This document shows positions 47,801 to 59,574 of a stretch of DNA of 64,000 nt, in pieces. The translations under genes and the position numbers were made by a program. Location of the stretch: contig JBLWGC010000082.1 in the NCBI GenBank assembly GCA_048772705.1, forward strand, positions 1 to 64,000, in the 5' to 3' direction. Source of the DNA: Leidyana gryllorum EB-2025a (taxonomy: Eukaryota > Protista > Apicomplexa). Under the pieces are notes generated by a model. It worked only from the letters and a program-made list of their open reading frames with translations. It was not told the DNA's origin and ran no database searches. Position 1 is the first letter of the stretch. Each line of letters starts with the position of its first letter.

Positions 47801-48359
47801 TGAAGACGGCACTTTGGCCGCTGCCTAGGTTTGTAAGTGTCCAATTACAATGTGAGAAAGGTGGAAGGATGGACTGGATGATTTTGGTGGGTAATGGTGC
47901 CTTATCCATAGAGCATTTGAATGTAGTCTGGGGCAGATTCGCTGCTGCCCACGCACAAGTAGAGCTACGGAATATACGCGCGAGAAAGGCGGCGTTTTGT
48001 GCTTGAGACGTTGAGTGGAGCTTGTGTTGCCAAGCCAACAGGTCGAGAGCGTCCAGCAGTTGTTGAGCACTGCCGGACTGACATGTTAGCAGATGCAGTC
48101 GGTCTGTAGCGACCACAGCGACGAGGTTGAGCTCATCGACATTGGATGTGCAATAGTAGTCTGCCCCGATGATGGATTGGGTGTCGGAGGCGGGTAGCGG
48201 GAGGGTGGCAGTGAGTTTGGACACCAAGGTATAATGTATGGCAATAAGGCGGGCCTGATGCTGCAAGTATCGTTTGTCCACGGTTGAGGATCTCTGTACT
48301 GGGGGGGTAGCCGATAAAGCTTGGTAGAACTCGTGACAATGAGCTGCTAGGGCCGCCAT
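44817..48359 (-). CDS. Large helical hypothetical protein, multi-exon
   Basis: Long ORFs 46899-48359 and 44817-46805 with an intervening exon. Start taken at MAALAAHC (48359) because the further upstream part of the ORF is antisense to the SAP gene. Confidence 0.6.
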
Positions 48360-48383
48360 CAGGCAGTAAAATTTTCCTCGTGT

Positions 48384-49549
48384 ATGACAGACGAGGTGTT
48401 GAACCCCGAGGAGGCCCACGTCAAGCGGTCGCAACTCATCAATGAGCACGTCCAGGAAGTGCGTGCTATTGAGAAGGAGTTGAAGAAGAAGAAACTGCCA
48501 GCAAAGCAGCGCGAGGCTCTCGAGACAAAATTGGCAGAGGCGCAAGAGCAACACGAAGCTCGGCTGGCAGCTTTTGACGCGAAACAGGGTACTGGAAAAG
48601 CTCGCAAGGACGGAGAAGGAGGGCCGCCCCCCGCGTCTCCCGAGAAGAGCAAAGAGACGGACACTGAAGTCAATGAGGAATTTCTGGAGGAGCGGAATTG
48701 GGGTTCCTTGTCCAAGACGGATCTCAGCGACGAATGCCGGAAACGAGGTCTGAGTGCCAAGGGCACCAAGGAGGACCTCGTCTCGCGACTCAATATATTC
48801 ACACTGGATCTCAAAAGCAAAGCCAAGGCGACGGGAATCAGTACCGTCCCCGCCAAGCAGGCGGACAAACCGGCTCCCAAGTTCGAGACTGTCATCCCAG
48901 TCGCTCCCACCCAAAAGACAGACTACCGTACCAAGAATAAGAAGTTATGGAAACGTCGCGGACCTCCGCCCGCGTCTTCCCGCAAGGAGCAGAAGAGCAG
49001 TTCTTCCGAAAGTGGCAGCGGCAGCGAGGATAGCGACTCCGACGGCAGCGAGGAGGGTAGCGGATCCGAGAAGGAGGAGAAGAAGCCCCGCACCAGCGCG
49101 GCCGCAAAGAAGGCTCAACTCGCAGAAAAGGAAGCTAAGGCTGAAGAAGCTCTCTCAGCCGAACGAGAAGCTCAGCTCCGACGTGAGACTGTTGTCCAGG
49201 GCATTCTGACACAGATACTCAAGAAGTACTCCAAGGGAATCAAAATGGACGATATGCCTTCATATCTCGAGGTGAGCACAACAAACATTGACGACTCCCA
49301 AACTTCTGGAATGTTGTATTGCAGCGGGCCAAAGTCAAGAATTTTACTCCCTCGGCTTTGGGCTATGACACTGTTGAAGATTGGCTCATTGCTCAGCCTA
49401 AGTCTATCTTGTTCATAGATAAAAAGACGGGTTTGGTGTACCCTCCACGAATCGGCGAGATGCCCTCTAGTTCCGAGTCCGAGTCTGAAGAAGAGGACGA
49501 GGATGAAGAAGACGACTCGGAAGACGAGAGTGGATCTGACGAGGAATGA
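48384..49549 (+). CDS. SAP-domain protein with C-terminal LOTUS/OST-HTH-like domain (intron 49272-49324)
   Basis: SAP: LSKTDLSDECRKRGLSAKGTKEDLVSRL. LOTUS-like: ILKKYSKGIKMDDMPSYLERAKVKNFTPSALGYDTVEDWLIAQP. Confidence 0.75.
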
Positions 49550-49550
49550 A

Positions 49551-49647
49551 CAGACACTGCTTAGGTGGTGCCGGAGACAGAGACTGCTTAAGTCGTGGAG
49601 GAGACAGAGACTGCTTAAGTGGTGAAAGAGACAGAGACTGCTCAAGT
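49551..49647. repeat. 27-bp tandem repeat (about 3.6 copies) filling a convergent intergenic gap
   Basis: CAGA(G/C)ACTGCT(T/C)A(A/G)GT units at 49551, 49578, 49605 and 49632. Confidence 0.9.
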
Positions 49648-50479
49648 GTCGTCGTCGCTGTCATCACCATAGTCGTCAAGAAGGTTCTCGGTCTTTGGCT
49701 TTTTTTCAATTCGTATCTTCACATCGTCGACTGGTGTTGACAAAGACGCTTGTGATCGTTTGCGTGTTGCAACTTGTACTGTCAAACCGAAATCTTCCTT
49801 TGACGACTTGGCCGTAACACTGTCGTCCAGTTCGCGCTGTTGAGTCCGCTCGGACAACTCCTTCCGTACAACCACTTGCTCAGATTGCTCAGCTTTGAAG
49901 TCGGCGACATCGTCGTCCTCTTCCTTTCGACTTTTCGGGTTGTCCACCAGACTACTTAACAGTAGAGGGGGGGCTTCACCCTGAATATAAGGATGACGCA
50001 GGTTGTACAGAGCGAAAGACGGAGAGACAGAGACAGAGCTCGTTCAGATCAAAATGCGGGGAGGAAGAGTAGTCGTCCGCGCTGATGAGAGAGAGAGAGC
50101 GCCCATACACCATTTGTACACACGATGACGATGACACTTTCACATGGTGTCGCGAACGCGACATAAAGTGAGTGTGAGGTTTTCTCACCTCGGACTCGGG
50201 TAGAATGGGTGTTGGGATTTGTTGATCCAATATGCCGCTATCTCGCAATCGAGCATTCTCAGCAAGTTGTTCAGAGAGAGTTTTGAAAGACTGAGGGTCT
50301 GAGGTGCTTGGCGTGGGAGGGTAAACTGCCAACTCACTTTCTTTTTTCCGTATCTCAGCAGCAATTTCGGGGGGCGTTGACCACTCGTCTTGAACTTCTA
50401 ACTCCCTTTCATCCTCTCCCAAGTTGTCTCGGTCGAGCTTCTGGATATATATAGACTTCTTGACAAAATTAAGACTCAT
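49642..50479 (-). CDS. FAM192A/NIP30 (Fyv6)-like nuclear protein (internal exon structure unresolved)
   Basis: N-terminal FV..., EW..., DPQSFKTLSEQLAEN and acidic C-terminal LLDDYGDDSD resemble this family. Confidence 0.45.
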
Positions 50480-52340
50480 CGAAAAGTTTTGACTTCACCC
50501 AGCTTCTGACCCATCCGTACCGGCTGTCCTACCTCCTGCACGGACAAAATGAGAGGCGGCAGACGCATCGTAACTCACAACTTGCCACTCAAAAGACTCC
50601 GGAACCTCCATAATCAAAACGACCGTGGAGCCCAGTTTGAACTGGCCTATCTCTTCGCCACGGCCGATCTTCATCAGACTATGGTGTGCCATCACATTCT
50701 CGTCCTGTATGCACATTTGTTCATTTTTCTCTGCTCCTTCCTCAAAGGCGCTACACCGTTCACAGCACAAGGCCTCTCCGGACTCTGTCGCCGCTTCGGG
50801 CAATGCCTCCGCGGTCGCCGCCTTGGATGGGGGGGAGTTCAGGTGAGAAGATGTAGATAGATCGAAACAGTCGCTCGCGTATCGCAAATAATCACAGTGA
50901 CCTTTCCGTCGCCCTTTGAGTTGTCGGCGGCTCAGGTTTGTCGAGAAAGTCTGATGCAATTATGTCCATCCAATATGGAGACCTAAGCTCTTACCGGCTC
51001 GAAAGTCAATTTGATGTCAGCTACATTATACGCAGCGATTGCGGCATAGTACATACGCCCATGCCTCCATTCCCCTTCCAGAACTACTCGTTCGTTCAGT
51101 GCAAATAGATCCTAAGACCCAAATTGATGCCAGGCTATAGCGGAGAGACAGACAGAGACGTGCGTGTGCCCTTCTGTCTCACAAACACACTGCAAGCTGC
51201 TGAAAGACTTACATTGAGACGGGAAGCCAGAGATTTGAAGACGGGGAGTACTTCTCCGGTGAAGTGTCGACGACTCGATATAGAAAAGTCGCAGGGTGCA
51301 TGAAAGTGATGATAATTGGACGGAGCTAAGTACACCACAACAGACACCCAGCGCTTTCCTGGACGTGACACATGAGACTTAGATCTGCTCGGCATTGCAG
51401 GAGTATTTGAGGCAGCAGTCGAAGCAGTCTGTTCCCCGGTGGACACGAGACTCGTTGGTGTTGGAGTTCTGATCTCCGTAGACGCACTTGTCGACGCCGA
51501 GTTGCTCTGACGCAATGGAGACTGCGTGTGTAGAGTGACGGCAGAGGACACCTTGGGATATCCACACCGTGCACACGTCACCACGCCGGCTTGATGGACG
51601 GTGTACGAGATGTTCGAGGCGCCTGCGGTCACCCGCCCGTCGAGGTCGCATCCCAAGAACACATCAGCACGGTACTTAGCGCCCTTGAGTTGCTGGAGCC
51701 ACGGGCATGTGACGTCGATGTCTCCGAGCTGAGCAATGGTCCCATCGGAAGGGCTCAGAATACTGTCCAACTCATCGCTCTCCAATGGACGGGCCGCAGC
51801 CACCAGGCGTCTCGAGAAAAAGTCCGAGAAGCTTTGAAAGTCATCGGGCGCTCGCGTCAACTCATCAACAGGTGCTCCCCAACCTTTGAGAACTGCCCGG
51901 AAAAACGGCCCTCTGAGCGAAAGAGAGGTATTGGAGAAGAATCAAGCCAACTACTTCACAACAAATATAAATGCGCATCTCAGATTGAAAACTAATCGTC
52001 ATAGTAGCCCAGGCTCCTAACAAGAAGTGGGTCCACTCCGACGTAATCCTTGCGTTCAGGTGTCTCATCATGCGATTCAAAACTGGGGCGGAAACCACAC
52101 TGCAGCAACAACGAGTATCCTACCGGAGCACTCTCGGCATCCGTAACCGGGTCAAACGTCCTGTCAGTCGGGAGCGACTGCGCCCAAACATGCCGCTCAA
52201 TGCCATCCTCTGGAGGCCATAGCAAAGAAACCTTCTTAAATCGCACTTACAGACATTGGCTTCACGCTGGCATCCCTGTCGTACTCCGTAGCGCCTTCAT
52301 CACTCATCATCCCACAACATAAATTTCTTACATACCACAT
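50476..52340 (-). CDS. PSD: Phosphatidylserine decarboxylase proenzyme, multi-exon
   Basis: FFSRRL..ARP, SPSDG, YLAPSNYHHFHAP and the GQFKLGST cleavage motif. Last exon is VGQPVRMGQKLGEVKTFR followed by a stop. Start uncertain. Confidence 0.88.
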
Positions 52341-52818
52341 TCCTCGAAAACCGTCTCCCCATCCTGCATGTGGTGCAAAAGTGACTACTCCGCAACCACA
52401 GTTTTGTCCTTGAGTCACTCAGACCTCAAAGATCAGATCCACCAGCTTATGGTACCCTCTTGACACCAAAGCCTCGAAATGATTTTCTCGAGACTTTGTA
52501 CCTAATCACTTTCACACTCGACGCACCATCCCGCCATAATCCACTTTTTCGATCTCATTTGGTTCCACACATCTAGTAATTGCATTTGTATGGCGCTATA
52601 TGCTCAAAAGAATAAGTGCAGGTCAGAAGCGTACCACACACACGCAGACGGCCCCGCCTAATTGGGCTTGTATTGCCCGAGTGGGCATGCGGTCCTCCTT
52701 TTAGGGTATTTGAGGCACTACGGGAGCCATGGAGAGGCTCAGAGAACGAACCAATGTTTCTATACTGAAAAAGTGTTCAATTGTCTCGAGTTAAGAAGTG
52801 ATCGAACTGGACTGCACA

Positions 52819-53691
52819 TCAGGCAGCTGAATCTTTCATGCAAGGGATTAGGAAGTCGCGAATGACAGCATCTCTCCATTGGGGAATCGATAGTTCGTGC
52901 TCACGGCCCTCAAGAATTACCCTCTGGAAGAAGATCTGTCGGGATGCAGCGGTAGTGCTTACCTTGGCGTGGGGCAGCCTTCTGGCAGAGTCATCGAACG
53001 CCGCGGCTTCAACCAAAGGATCGTCTGTGATGCTTAGACTTAGAGCATGTTGAAGAGCAAGGCTCACCTTCGCAGTGGACGATGAGAGTTGGGCATTGGC
53101 GATCATTTTTAAAGTCGGGCATGGGTGCTGGCGTCCCGGCGATCACAGCGCAGCGGGGTGCGTATTTCATGTGTTGCAGAAGGTGAGTAACCACAATACC
53201 GCCTTGGCTGAAACCTATGATGGCAATCTTCTTGGGATCAACTCCTTTGGAGACTTCTGCGTCAATTATTTGTTCGATCTCCTTGCGACGCTGTTCCATC
53301 TCATCGAAAGGATAGCCAAGAGTTTCAGACGGATGACCCGTGATGGTATACCAACTGGGAACCACGTCGGGCAGAGCGTCCATTTGCTGTTGACAAGCCT
53401 TGTGGCCATGGGCATCTGGCAACTGCAATATCGAGGCTTTCACAGTCGAGTTCAACGTGGTTTAATTACCCATCCTTTCGGAATGTACGGTGCCTGAGGG
53501 ATGATGAATTTGCACCCAGGCATCGGGACGTCCCTCAATGCCTCCACCAAGATACGGTAAGACAGCAACGCGGGTTGGGTAAAGCCATGGAAGAAGAGCA
53601 CTGCAGCTGTATAGGTGCATTGCTTTGAGGAGATCTCACCTAGAGAGTCGTACTTTCCATCAGCGGGCTCAATATCCATATAGCGCAGCAT
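52819..53691 (-). CDS. Acyl-protein thioesterase / phospholipase-carboxylesterase family, multi-exon
   Basis: FFHG, FIIPQAP, PSWY, GFSQGG nucleophile motif, DPLV and a C-terminal His (GREHEL). Confidence 0.85.
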
Positions 53692-54059
53692 CTTTCCAAG
53701 ATCTCAGAGACAGCATCTGCGGCTGGCCAGCAAGTCAACAGGCGCACACAGGGAGTGTGTAACGTCTTCCATCTCCCAAGACGTTCATTTTCCGGTCACA
53801 GCTGAGTGGACTATGATACAAAAAGCACACCATGGTTTTCGTTAAGAGTCGACCAGTCGGGGGTCGTCTTGTTACTCATGAAATAGAGGATGAACGCAAG
53901 TCGTCGCAGACTGGCATTCACAGAGTTTGGAAAAGCAGCGAAGCAACAGTAACGCGACTATGAGAGAGAGTCCAGCCAAAAGCAGAGGCAAGGGCGTCTG
54001 GCTCATGGGTGAAAATTATCTGTGTGCATGCTGTGAAAATCTAGGCGTGCCTTGAAAGT

Positions 54060-54942
54060 ATGTCCACCACCAATCCAATTAACAGAACAACCGAGTGGGA
54101 TGACTTGCAGGTGAGAGACGCCAAAAGATCCATCGCATGTGTGCTGCCCACAGATAAAGTACGGTAATTATGCCCCGCTTCCCCCGGAAGTGAAGAACGA
54201 AGAGCTTTCGCGGCAAGCCCAAGATGCCGCTGCGGCCATTGACCCGCTCGAAGGCCGCACCCTTCGAGAACTGGACCAGCTCGAGGACGATGTCGATGAG
54301 GACGTCTTGGAAAAGTACCGGCGGAAACGGTTGGAGGAGCTGAAAGCCATGAAGAAGAAAGCACGCTTCGGACAAGTTCGTGAGATTGGCATGGCCGACT
54401 ACACAGAAGAAGTTACTAATGCTTCCAAAGAGGATGATGGACAGCAAGTCGTTATTTGTGTTCTGTACAAGGATTGCGTGGAGGCGAGTGTCCAGCTGTG
54501 TCGCATCATAGCAGAGATTGCCAAGGCACATCCCGAGGTCAAATTCTGCAGAGGAGTCTCGGACAAAGTCGTACCCAACTATCGCGACAGTGCTCTGCCC
54601 GCAATTCTTATCTACCAGAATGGCGTTTGTTCAGCACAAATAGTTGGCACTTCCAAGTTTGGAGGACCCGCCAAGATGAGTCGCAAGACTGTAGAATGGG
54701 TTCTGAGCCACCAACATCGGCTCTTCAAATCTGACTTGGAGGGCAACCCCTTCAAGGACGCTGTGAGTCGACGCGGAGTCAAGGGAGCAGTAGCTCGCTT
54801 GGCTCGGGGTAGCAATGGGTACGAAAGTGACAACAGCAGCAGTGAAGAGGAAGAGGAATCGGCACATCAGCGCCATACAGTTGCCAACGATAAAGGATAT
54901 GGGGACCTCCAGATTGATCAAGTAGCGCAGATGCTGCGATGA
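54060..54942 (+). CDS. Phosducin-like protein (PhLP2/PDCL3 type), intron 54111-54153
   Basis: TEWDDLQ/IKYGN, LEKYRRKRLEEL, FGQVREI, YTEEVTNAS and PNYRDSALP. Confidence 0.88.
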
Positions 54943-55023
54943 ACATTCGGACGCACACAGACACCAAAAATGCTCTTGTCTGGTCTGATATCATTTCGTA
55001 TCGGATTGGAGAAGCGCGCCCAC

Positions 55024-56251
55024 TTAGTCTCTAGGGTCGAATTGTGGTAACTCCACTCTGCCCGTGTGATCGGTCTCAAATTCCCGAGGAGGTTGCAGTG
55101 TCGCTGACACGTCCAACGGTCTCTGCAAACCAAAATGTGGAACAGTGCATTGGTGGGAACACTTCACGAAAGCTGAGCAACTCACGTTGTGGAATATACG
55201 TGTAGGCCCATCGTTGAATTGCGGCAGGGGAACATATTGTGTGCGATGGGGAGCATCGGGTGTGGTCGGTACCACTTTCCAAGTTTCGTAGCCTTCAAAT
55301 ACACCTTGAGTAATCGGTGAATCTTGCTCGCCCTGCTCCAGTCCATGAGTAAATGCTTGGTGGTGCTGAGCAGTTCCTCGATCAAACATGTCTATGGCCA
55401 CCGAGCGAGGTAAATCCTTGGCATCAAGTACATTCCCGCAGTCCAGACAAACTGTCTCCAACTTGGGGCCACCAGCCTCTCTCTGATTCACTCTGAGGGG
55501 CTGAATTCTCCTCGGACGCCGCTGAAGAATCGATTATGTGAAGGAGACATGTAGTAACGCCCACACACACGCACACACAGATGTATGGCGACGGGAGGTA
55601 TCTCACTCCTCTGGGTCGAGAGACACGATCACAACTCGTTCTCCAAGCTGACGAAGAACGTACCTGTTGACATCCGCAGGTCTCGAATATCGGCTGTAGA
55701 CAGGGGAAGAGGTCTTGCATAGTAATGAGCAAGTCGTCCACGGGGCGTTCCCTCTTCGGGCCCTCGCGGTTTCCCCATACTTTGTGATTAACCACAGGCG
55801 CGTCCTGCGAATAGCAATAGTTAGGATAGAGCATGGAGCGCCATGGGGGCTAAAAGACAGCAACGAGACATAGTCACCGACTCACCCAGTCATCTTCGTC
55901 TCCCGAGTCGACTGAAACGGCCATACCGGACCGTTCTTTCATCGCGATTTTAGCGGACCTCCGTCCAGCATTAGGCTGGAAGAGAGCGAGTGGAATTGAC
56001 GAGAGGCGTATAGTAGCTCACCGAAAAACATGATGAAAAGAGTCCTGGCGGGGAGCGTTTGACTTTCCGTCGACGACGGTGTGAATGATGGTGGTGTCTT
56101 GTTGGCGGTGTGCTTACATAATCCGGTGAGGCGGTAGGCGCCCAAGCTGCAAGAAGGGAAGTGAATTCAGTAGACAGATCTATGCATCTCACTCACCTCC
56201 CGGCGCCATTGGTCCGACCCAGACATATGCATTCTCATGCTCGGTCGCCAT
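55024..56251 (-). CDS. Hypothetical protein, many short exons
   Basis: ATG at 56251 (MATEHENAY) followed by several GTGAGT/GTAAG..AG introns and ORFs 55424-55834 and 55024-55491. Exact splicing not resolved. Confidence 0.5.
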
Positions 56252-56354
56252 GACTCGATGGCTGCGGGGAGGGGTGCATGCTGCGGCGCGTTACTTACTG
56301 GTTGGAGTCAGTGTTTGGGGCTGTGCATACATTTTCGTTGGTTTTTTACTACTG

Positions 56355-58354
56355 CTATTGCTCGTGCTGTTGGGTAAGGTACTCCAACAATTGTGGCTTC
56401 AAGGCTAATCGCTCATCGTTGTCTGCTACCCAATGGTGTGACAGCCACCGCCTCTGAACGGCATTATAGCGGCCCAAATCCTTCTGTTGAACACTGAAGT
56501 TCTGTTTCAGCTCCGCGGCAGTCAGCAGCGGTTTGACGTCCCAGACACCGTCCAAGCCATGTACTTCGTAAATGTCTTTCATCACTTGCTGCACCAGACT
56601 CAGAATTTCTTCGCCGTCTTCGGGCTGTCGGAGTCGATGTACTGCCACCCAGCTGGCACCCAATAACACCGACAGTTCCCACAACGAGCCTTTCATCTTC
56701 TGGGCGGTATTACTTTCATTCGCCAGGATAAAGTCGGCGTATTCAGCCTTGGTGACTTGTTCTTTTCGATGCAATTTGGTCAATAATGGCACCACAGCAG
56801 CCATATGATCCAGCAAAGCCATTACCCTTTGATGAGACAGACTTATTCGTTCAGGTCAATGTACGACGTTGTTCTTACCCATCACACACTTTCTTGGCAT
56901 TGAGCGAGCCCTTCAGAATAGCTTCCACAGCTGTCATTGTTCCTTTACCCCGTTTGTGGCCGTCGACCGCGTTCCCCTCCCAACCTGAAATCACTGAGTA
57001 CCCCCTCGAGAGGGAAACGTGGTTACCGAGATGTCTATGCAGGAGGCCAGCCAGCTGCAGCATGGCGTGGATCTGCTCTGGGCCCTTGTAGAAATTCTCC
57101 GTGTCCCAGAAGACATTATCCTCGCTGAGGAAATGGATTGACTTGGCCGGTCCTGCCTCGCGCAGAACTCTCAACAACTCTGTCAGCACTCCACAAACTT
57201 GAATGCCAGGCGTAAAGTAGGCCAAGTCATTTTTTGGTAAGGATTTCCGATCTCCATCACTCAAAAGGTCTTTGTTCTCCTCCACCACATGTGCAGTATT
57301 GAAATACGGCTCGGGCACGGGGAACACCAGCGGTAACAGACTCCAACTCTCCAAATACTTGAGCGCGCGAGTAGCATAAGGCCACATGAACAGCTTCTCC
57401 AACTCGCCTCGCACTCGATCGAGAGGTAACTGTCACAGCATTTGAATAAATGGTCGGTCCCCTTCCTCGGCGGCCAACTTACCTTCTGCCATTTCGAGTG
57501 GCAATCATTCGCTCTCGCACCCTGCACGAGATCTGTGTTTGGTCTGAACTGGGGGTAACGGGCAAGGAATCTCCCGGCACGCAGTATGCGCAAAGGATCC
57601 TCTCCGAAGGTCATCAAAGAGCTTTTCGGGGTTCGTAGAATGCTGTCTCGGAGGTCTCGGTAACCTGTACCGAGGAAGTCTTCGATATTTCCAGTCGCCA
57701 CATTATAGAACATGGAGTTTATCGTAAAATCCCTCCGTTCGGCATCTAACGGCATCTCCGGAGTCTGAGACGACACAAACAAAAACAACACCTCACCTTC
57801 CCTGGCCGACGCCGCTCTCACACTTGTAGGCCTCCGCGAGTCAGGCCCATAAACCTCATCTCGCAGTTGTACAAAATCGATCGTGAAGTCGTCCAGCTCT
57901 TTGATGGTCAACTGCAGACGCGGTTGAGCAGCACACATTGATGGCCGAGAGAGGCAGAGATCAAACGTACCTTGGCAGTGTCAAGATGCTTGGATTTGTC
58001 GGGATTCCCCTTGATCTCAGTGGGTCTTTTCATGTCCATCTTTTTAACATCGATGCACCACTGCGCGAAAGCCTGGGCAAACGCTAAACCGGAACAAGTC
58101 TCCGTAGCCACATCGATATCGTCGGACTCAACCCCCATAAGCACGTCTCGCACCCATCCTCCCGCCACCCGTACCGACGGACTGGGACAGGTAGGATGCG
58201 CTGCAAACTCTCTCAATAATTGGATGACCGCCACCTCGCGAGCTGTACGCTTCCGCAGTATACCTAAACCCGACTTGTCAGGCATTCGGGTCTCAGCATC
58301 GGGTGGCAAATCCTCCAGTCTAACATTGTGGGGCAGTACAACACCTTCTGACAT
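56355..58354 (-). CDS. CCA1: CCA tRNA nucleotidyltransferase (class II), multi-exon
   Basis: VAGGWVRD, DIDV, NPDKSKHLDTA, IDFVQLR, DAERRDFTINSMFYN and EDPLRILRA. Confidence 0.93.
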
Positions 58355-59574
58355 TCGCACTTGTAACACTTCCCCCCCCAATAAAAATCCTCTCCCACAA
58401 CCCTCATTTTCTCTCAGACCCAACGCCTATGCCAACGAGTGCTGCTTACAATTCACATCCCTATCGCTCATACTACGTGACTCTCAAACGGCGCGCGCAG
58501 CTCTATACTTTGTGGGAGTAACCTCTGACCAGGATGCTGTCTCCGACTCGCACTTTCAGAGACCAGACCAGCCCAGCCCAACACTCCCCCTCCCCCACCA
58601 GACTACGGACGCCAGAGGATGTGAACAGCTTCTCACATGGCCTCTTTTAGGTGCACTTCGACAATGAGCCTCAAGCCATTGGTTGGAGAGACGAGAAGAG
58701 ACGCCGTCTCCGCGCTTCTGCAGACTGGTCAAGCACTCTCTGGAGCAGTCGCAGGGGGTAGAACTACCACCAACTCAACAGCAAATGAGCTATAAGGCTT
58801 CCCCAACATCCCGCCGGGGCCTTATCATTGTAGGCTGTGCTGCAACGCCAGTTTTGTTGTGTGCTTTGTACGGAGTGGAGGATGCCCGTGCGCTCAATGC
58901 ACTGCCTGTCTCTCTGTCTGTCGAGTGATTTTATTGGGGGTCAGTCAGGCTGAGATAGTTTGTGTGTACCGACCGGCTGGAGTGAACTTGGCCGGCCGAG
59001 AGACTCCAATAATACAAAGTGACTTTTCGCATGCTGAAGAGTAGGGAGTGATGCTTACAGTACGGGAGAATAGATGAGATAGGAAAGAATGTAGTAATCG
59101 ACTTAACGACAGGCAATGGGTGAGAAGCAATGACTGTCCGTTGAGGCGGGTACCATACGTTGATATACCGGGGATCTGACAGAGAAGGGAGGAATGGTGC
59201 TCCGATCGCCTTTAAGCCCCGAGGAGTTTGAGGTTTCGACCTCGTTTGATGCACTGGACGTTGCAGAATGGACTGAGGAAATGTCAAATAAATTTGCTGA
59301 GCGCAATCTGTTAGGATGAAATTTTCGTGCGTAGAGCTAACGTAACAAAAGATTAGCAGCCCACTCAATAGCAATTAGATCAACACGACTGGGGATCCAA
59401 TTACGAATAAAAATCAAGATCAGGCTCAATTGGAGTCGAGAGAGATGCCGCACCTTTGTGAAAAATTCGTCAGCTTGTATCTTCTCGAAGTGTAATGATA
59501 TCCATACCGCAGGTGGTAATACTAGGCTTCTGACGATACAATGGTCATCGCCTCAGCAGCGTTGAATAAAAAGC

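Noticed and set aside
48360-48914. N-terminal 185 aa of ORF 46899..48914
   Set aside because: Antisense to the Lys/Glu-rich SAP gene, with the expected Leu/Phe-rich mirror composition and a non-ATG start.
49551-49647. Mini-CRISPR array
   Set aside because: The variable parts are only about 7 bp and similar to each other, there are no cas genes, and the context is eukaryotic.
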